A DNA stretch of 64,000 nt from Podarcis erhardii (lineage: Eukaryota). The notes under the pieces were generated by a model. The model saw only the letters and a list, made by a program, of their open reading frames with translations. It was not told where the DNA came from and did no database searches. Each line of letters begins with the position of its first letter. Positions within the stretch are counted from its first letter, which is position 1. The DNA is taken from the NCBI GenBank assembly GCA_964252035.1, contig OZ176207.1. One strand, 5' to 3'. A program made the translations under genes and the position numbers. Shown piece after piece: positions 35,446-64,000 of the stretch.

Positions 35446-38400
35446 AAACACTTTAAACCATAGGGAATCCAATGTATATAATGCATTTTGATTTTTTTAA
35501 ATGTCTTGCAATATTGCATTTTTATGGACATTTGCCATTTTGTACACAAATTTTTAGTTGGAAAATGGCATCACAGAATTTGGAGGAGTGCAAATTTCAA
35601 AAGCTACCTTTGTCTCAGTTTGCATATTGTTCTGGGAAGTGAATTAGACCAGTCCTTATAAAAATGCAATCTGAACCAAAATTGTTCTTCATCCCTACTA
35701 CCAAACTGCATTACATTTTACATACAGTTTTATACTGTATCTGTTTGTTTGTTTGGTTGGTTGGTTGGTTTGAAAAAAATCATAACTGGCAGGAGGACTA
35801 ATCAGAAACATAGCACATGGGAAAGGGAAAACTTTTTGTTTTCACAGCACCGTCCTAACTAAAATTCTCCCTTCCCTGACATTCCTGTTTGCATGGGAGG
35901 GCAGCTGTAACTTGTGACAATGACTGCTTCCCTTCTGTGTCAAACAGCTATTTGGGAGGGGGTGTCAATCTAGAAGAAAGGGTTAAATCTCTCTGATCTT
36001 GATATGCCCCTCCTCAGCTTCTGTTTACAGTTTAAAAAGAAGCACACAGTGTCAAACTCTCTTTTTAATATAATATTTAGTCCTTAAACACCTTCTTCTC
36101 CTTCTTTTCCTTCTCCTGTTGCATCCAAACCATTGCCAAATCCTCCTGCTTCAATGTCTCTCGTCTGCTGCCTGATCATCACCATGGAGTCATTGACTGC
36201 AGATCATTTCCCTTTATCGTCTATTACTTCTTCTATCTGTTTGGATCTCCACTGCTTATGGTATCACAGTACCACCCAATATACATAGCTGCAACAATGC
36301 TTGAGCCACTGCTGTTACCGTAGCATCCTTCATTTGACAGCCTGGACAAATCTCCCCTGCAGTATAATCTCATTATAAAAGATTACCACCAAATCTTTGA
36401 CATTTAGGATTGCACTAGCCTTGCTGTTTCCATGGTGAGAGATTTATTTAGGATAGCACTTTGCTGAATTATTCTCAGTCTTGTGTCCATCATGTTCCCA
36501 GTGTTCTCTACCTAATTTTATAGTCCGTAATAGATTTCAGTGACAATGGTACCTTGGTATTTTCAGTAGCACAATCCCATACATGTCCATCAGTAGATCA
36601 CCTGGCAAGCAGAACACCAGTTTTGATGTTGTCCTAGTTTGTTGTTGACTGCAGTACAGAGAAACTCACATATGGGTTTCCCCATCACCACCTTCCCCTT
36701 AAACATAAGTCTTCCAAAATTAGACAAGTATTCTTGTTGTGCTATTGGGGTTGTTGGTCAAATAAAAGAAATTGCTTGGCTTGTACAAAAAAAAAGTAAT
36801 ATATGCACTTGAGATGCAATGTGATTATTATTGCTGAACATACACTTTAATTGCCTGATAAATGAAGCTGGTTAATTGAAGATTATACTAGTAAGGTACA
36901 TGAGATTAGAGACAAATTTTACAAGTGCTATGAATTATTCATATCATTAGATATGAGTGTAAATGGTTTATTTCTCTGGTGTAATCTAAACGAGATTGCA
37001 TGCTTAGTACTTTGGGTTTTGTATTGTACACCTCAGTACATACGGTTTCACAAGAGAACCCTGTATAATGCCATAAGACTCAGGAACATAGTTACCTTTG
37101 TGTTGTTGAATAAATTATTTTGATTTTTCCCCACTGTTGGGTAACTTTGTGTCAGTGTCATTAGATAATGTGAACATATGCCCTTTGAGTTATAAGTGTG
37201 AGAGATCAGATGGGGCAGATCCAACCCACAAAGTTTTGTTTTTACATTGTATGACCCAAACAGCATGGACTGATTTCTGTTGAATATTTGCTGAGAAGCA
37301 ATTAACACAGCCTTTTAGGTACATGCCATCTTCTATCTAAGCTGACAGCTACATTTAGTGATGCTCATAGTGAAACAGTTGTATTAATGGCCTATCAAGA
37401 ACATGAATGAACACTGACTACTCAGCCTGACTAGGTAGGGCTTATTTTTATTTACTTATTATGTTTGAGCCAAATCCTTCCTCCAGGGAATTCATGTGAC
37501 GGAAGCCGTTGCCTTAAAAGGTTCAATTCCTTCCTTGTATTTTGTAGGCTGATTTAAGGCCTTCCTTTTGCGGGAGGCCTTTTTTATTTAGTTGGGTACT
37601 AGTGATGCTGACTACTGTTGAGCCAAAGGTAGAGTACAGAAAGATTTTGTGGAAAAGTTCCACCGGAATATAAAATTCTACCATTTAGATTTATGGGGAT
37701 GGTGGGTTGACTTTGTGAACGGTTAACTTAAGGAAACTTGATTTTTATAATTGTCTGTGGTGACTAGGATCATCCATATGACCAGAACAGAATACATCTG
37801 CTGTCACTCAAATGGGCTTCATTTGTACACCCAGCTCTTGAAAGTTGGAGTGACCAGGGCAAGCGCAGAGGTAGAAAATACATACACACCCCAGAGAGAT
37901 GGAATTAAGAAACATAGACCTCTCCATCCCCATTTTCAAAAGAACTATCCTATTTTGTGGATGCTTATGCCTACATAATAGATGTTCCCCATTAAGTGAG
38001 CACACCTAGGCTGCAGTCCCAAGTATTCTCTCTCTGTAAGTTCCATTGAACTTAAATATATTTCTGAGCATACGTGCAAGGCCAGTGAAAAATGAGGCCA
38101 CTCTGACTTTCCTGCAATCCTCCCTGAAGCCTCTTAAGAAAAATTGCTGGCTTTTCATCTATCTTCTTTTAAAACATCATTATTCCACAATGAAAAGAAT
38201 TCATTGTGGAAGTGAAACAGGGTCACCCAAAAATAATATGCTGATTTCATACTCGGGGGATTCCCTAGGTATGCAGAAGTATATCTGCTTGTAAATTAAA
38301 AGGGGGGGGGGTGACTTTGTGAACTTCTGGAACCTATGGTATGTTGAGGACCCAAAGATGAGAAAATTACTAGGGAACTAACTTATTGTCTGGAGAGGGA

Positions 38401-39330
38401 GCTTCAGAGTTCATAGTGAATGCTGTTTTCTCCCAGGGAAGAAGTGAGAGTTCTCACATAAAACAATAGCTGTGATGGGACATCAGTGTGCCCCATCCAC
38501 AAACAATAGTTGGCATTTTTTTCCTTCTAACTCTGGTCTTATTTCATGAGAAAATGATGTGGTTTTAGTTTAAGAAACACATTGCGAATGGCACTGCAAC
38601 CCATTATCTCCATTTTTCGGTTTTGGGAGGGAATAGCCCTGACACTTAGCCCACTGTTTTACTGGAGGTTAGAGTGAGGCTAAAGAAACAAAAAAACCAC
38701 AAAAACAAACAAACAAACAAAAAAAAAACCAGACAGATTGTGTGAGTCAGTAAATTTAGTCTGTGGCTGAAGACTATTGAGCTATTCAGGTTAAAAGTAT
38801 CACTTTAAATAGAAGTGGCTAACCTGCAAATCTTCAGGTGTTGTTGGACATTGAGTCCCATCAGCCCTAGCCACCATAGACCATGTACGGCCAACAATAA
38901 TGGGAGATGGAGTAGTTCAGCAGTAGATGGCTTGCCACAGGTTCTCCACCTTTGAGTTGGAAGGAAGGAAGGAGACCTTTCTGAGGCCCTGCCAGTGTAT
39001 TGTATGCTACAGGTAAGGGTTCAGGTGAGGAGGATTTGGATTCTGAAGTTAAAAAGAAAAAGAAAACCTCTCTACCCCATGCTATACTTCCATCCCTCAA
39101 CCCAGTAGTGCTCAGGTTTAGGGCAGGGTCTTTTATACTTGTACAGTATAGCACAATGGGGGGGGGTGTATCTAGTCCAATCCTTCAAACAGAACTCTTG
39201 TTAGGTTCTGGTAATGCACTGCATCATTTTATTACAGGTCCCCAGTTAGAATGTTGTGATTCTGAATAATAAGGTTTTTTATTTTATGTTATTTTTCATT
39301 CTTTGCTATTCATCTTGGCTATTCCTATTA

Positions 39331-39556
39331 CAGTGGTACCTCGGGTTACATACACTTCAGGTTACAGACTCTGCTAACCCAGAAATATTACCTCAGGTTA
39401 AGAACTTTGCTTCAGGATGAGAACAGAAATCGTGCAGCAGTGGCGCAGCGGCAGCAGGAGGCCCCATTAGCTAAAGTGGTGCTTCAGGTTAAGAACAGTT
39501 TCAGGTTAAGAACGGACCTCCAGAACAAATTAAGTTCTTAACCCGAGGTACCACTG
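39331..39556. mobile_element. Tigger/pogo-like MITE A, 226 bp
   Basis: 17-bp perfect TIR CAGTGGTACCTCGGGTT (extends to 18 bp with the next A). TA at 39329-39330 and 39557-39558. Confidence 0.92.
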
Positions 39557-39558
39557 TA

Positions 39559-39811
39559 CAGTGGTGCCTTGCAAGACGAATGCCTCGCAAGATGAAAAAC
39601 TCGCTAGACGAAAGGGTTTTCCGTTTTTCCAGGTGCTTCGCAAGATGAATTTCCCTATGGGCTTGCTTCGCAAGACGAAAACGTCTTGCGAGTTTGCTTC
39701 CTTTTTCGTAAAACCGTTAATACCCAGGGAATCCGCGCTCCGCAAGACGAAAAAATCGCAAGACAAAGCAACTCGCGGAACGAATTAATTTCGTCTTGCG
39801 AGGCACCACTG
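39559..39811. mobile_element. Tigger/pogo-like MITE B, 253 bp, different subfamily
   Basis: 22-bp TIR CAGTGGTGCCT(T/C)GCAAGACGAA with one mismatch, internal gcaagacga repeats, TA at 39557-39558 and 39812-39813, and many intact CpGs. Confidence 0.92.
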
Positions 39812-41777
39812 TATTCTTAAATCATTGACTGCCTAATAGAGTTATGGCAGAGCCAAATTTTGCCTAAACAAGTTCAGGCTACAATTCTTTACAGCCCATG
39901 ACATCCCTCCTCTTGGATTGCTTTACATGGCTGTTGTAATTATTACTAATATAATGTACTGTAGATGAAACCCACTGAATGAATGCTATTATGGTGATTA
40001 ATAAGTAATCATATCAAAGCTTGAGCTGCTGAATGAATCACACTTCTTTGAGGTATTATATTTAGAGAGGAGCCCTTGTCAGGGAAGTTATGGCAAAGCA
40101 TTTAAAAACAATGTTTAAAATAGTATCTTGAATCAGTTTGTAGCTGGTAATTTATTTGGGTACTGTATATAACGATCAGTAACATCGCCTTGGTGATTTT
40201 TGTGCTTCAGTGATCACAGCACACCAGGTAAAGAAATATTTTGGTGGAATATATGCAAAACCATTTATTTTAAGATAGTTGCTATATGTTATAGTGCTGT
40301 GACTAACATGCACACCCCTTTCAATTTAGTTCAGGAAAACATCAGCATTAATAAAGTCTATTTCTATAGAGGAAAATGTTTCTTATCTGACCACTAATAC
40401 TAATTGAAAAATGATAATTATTCTTTCTTGCTGAATGCTGAGACATATTAAGGTTACTGATTTGAATCATACTTTCAAGGCATACAGGGGAGCAAAAATT
40501 GTCCACAACACAATATATAATTTAATTATAGCTAGTTATATATATCAGTATAATTTGTTAATGTGTACTCTTTGCAGAAGAGAATTATTCTGCCAGGGCA
40601 CTGACAATTTTATACATTTTCAGCAAGGGACTGTCAAAAGAGAACCATTTTCATTGAATTTCATAGCATTCAGTTGCCTGAAGGAAGAATATCAATGAGG
40701 AAGGTACCAGCTTCATTTTTTAGTTATTCAGCTATATTGATATATGGACTAAACAAAAAAAAAACAAAAAACCCAACCGTAAACCTGTTTCTTAGAAGAC
40801 CCCGTCTATGACATTAAAACCATCCAGTTAGAATATTCCTCTTCCGAAACACACAGCAAAATGATGGGCACTTAACAGTGAATTAGATTTCTCTTTGAGA
40901 TGGATGTTTTTAAAGCCGTAAGCTCTGTAGTTGCCAATATTTTTTTCTGTACTTTTGCTTAAATTTGTTGGGTTTTTCAGTGGTTGCTTACAAAGCCACT
41001 CATGTAATCTGCAGTATGTTTGTGGAGATGCCTGATGTTTTAGGTAGATGTCCATCCTGAACTTGTGTAGGAGTAAGCACTCACTCAGCCTTGTTTGATT
41101 TCATTATTAGAGAGAATTGTTCAGCATTTATTCTGGCATCAGTATATTTAAAGGACACAACTTCCCAGCTTTGAATTGAAAGGGAAGATGGGAATTGTTT
41201 TGCTGGGGCAAAACCAGTTTTAAAAAACCTGCTGCCCTTTTCTTTTTTAAAAAACAACAACATATTTTTTATTAAAGATTTATTGGTTTACAAAAGTATG
41301 TACAATGTCTCTCTTCTTCTAGCCTTTTCATGCTTTGGAACAGAAAAGGAGGGAGGAAGCTGGAAATGTTGGGGTTGGGATTGGCAACTACAATTTGGGA
41401 CTTTGCCAACGAAGTCCAACCAAAAGTTCTCATTAATTCAACAAGTCTTGCATTTGACACCTTTCTAGGAGATTGTGGCTCATAGATAATGCATTAATGG
41501 GAAATTGAAGTTCATTTTTTAGTTCCTTTCTTACTCGCTTATTTATGATGGTAAATTAACAGTGGGGTACTTGTTTTATAATACTAAAAGATGGGAAGTT
41601 TTTATTTCGTCCTTGGAAACAGAATTTAAATACGGGATAATGTTGGTTTTGGACAAATTGCAGCAAATAATCCAGGTTAAACTGGGATGTGGTTTCTTTA
41701 CACCACTTTTAAACTGGGATGCGTGTTGTTTTTTTACACCAGTTTGACCCTTGATGTTGTGTTTTGTGTTTTTGCAG

Positions 41778-63272
<21,495 letters not shown>

Positions 63273-64000
63273 TAGAAAGTCTTAGAAATAATACAGAAAA
63301 GTGTTTGTGTGCATATACTGAGACCAGCAACAAGATTTGTTCTGGACCCAAATATTGACATTTCTTCCCAATACTTTCCCACTATCCAAAACCGGGGCTC
63401 TCAACTTATTTCAGATTCATTCCAGATGCAAGACAGAACATCACATTTTGCACATTTCTATGTGTTTGGAAGCAGCAATCCAGAGCATCAAAAGAGGCTA
63501 ATTCTTTCCTTTGTAAGGAGAAGGCAGGGCTATTGATTGCTTCCATGAGCTTTCCCCAACTTCCGTTTGATCCTTCTGGAGGCAGACATAATCATTAAAT
63601 AACAATTAAAGTTGGCTGCAGAACACTTGGGAGTACTAAATGGGGATAATAAGCTCACTTCACCTCCTATCCTTCACTAGCATAATCACAGGCAAAGGTG
63701 CTTGTTTTCAGAAATGGTACAGAGCCATGAAAACCACATGGGAAGATGGTCACTAGGAGAAACGATGCTTTTTGCCTTTAAATCAAGGCTTCTACCAGCA
63801 CTTAGTATAATGTGTGTGTTGAATGACGAATCTGAAAATGAGTCATAGCAGTGGGAGGAAGCCAGCTTTTCCTTCTCTCATTCTCTTCCACTGAGCATCT
63901 CTAGCAAATAATGATACATCTGTAGCAAATAATAGAGACCAAAGGACTTATAAACTCATGGTGTTTGGTCCATGATCCCATCAATGTTATGGGTCAGGTT

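Larger units (their letters stand above)
1..41777 (+). other. CDH2: Distal part of the large CDH2 intron 2
   Basis: No exon 1/2-like coding sequence was recognised upstream of the exon 3 acceptor (ttttgcag, AG at 41776-41777). Classical cadherin genes have a very long intron 2. The region is AT-rich, CpG-depleted and repeat-rich. Confidence 0.85.

Noticed and set aside
36060-36700. Possible decayed R4/Dong-like retroelement C-terminus on the minus strand (IQQSAIL...TAR-like)
   Set aside because: The similarity is limited to a few interrupted residues and cannot be supported without a profile search.
39000-39018. Recursive splice site CAG|GTAAGG at 39012/39013 (also 28676-28682)
   Set aside because: There is no adequate polypyrimidine tract upstream, and the second example lies inside a repeat.
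449-41468. The many 60-156 aa ORFs on both strands in intron 2
   Set aside because: They show no recognisable domains, many start at non-ATG codons, and they overlap repeats or microsatellites. This is the expected background in 40 kb. Only 31461-31670 is meaningful, as a CR1 RT remnant.

Overview
This is vertebrate nuclear DNA, almost certainly from a lizard. The repeat content (Sauria SINE, BovB, CR1, L2, TA-flanked Tigger-like and hAT MITEs) suggests a lacertid, but the species is an inference. The window holds part of one protein-coding gene on the + strand: N-cadherin (CDH2). Twelve GT-AG-bounded exons (exons 3-14 in human numbering) lie between 41778 and 63200. They join in one uninterrupted frame of 2171 nt (2 nt completing a split codon plus 723 codons). 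This covers most of the prodomain, the [10 protein letters not shown] processing site, EC1-EC5, the transmembrane helix and the juxtamembrane domain. Exons 1-2 and 15-16 were not found, so 1-41777 is read as the distal part of the very large intron 2. The other computed ORFs are chance frames or decayed transposon sequence. I found no convincing new biological system. The best leads are modest and testable: a candidate 7-nt micro-exon with strong splice signals in intron 2 (30165-30171), a sense solo-LTR poly(A) signal in intron 13 that could give a tail-less N-cadherin, a TATA-containing LTR-like block in intron 2, a chimeric transposon with a 154-bp tandem array, a 185-nt fold-back, and several nested or abutting insertions with intact target-site duplications (TSDs). 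All comparisons with human or chicken CDH2 and with repeat consensuses are from memory, not from a search.
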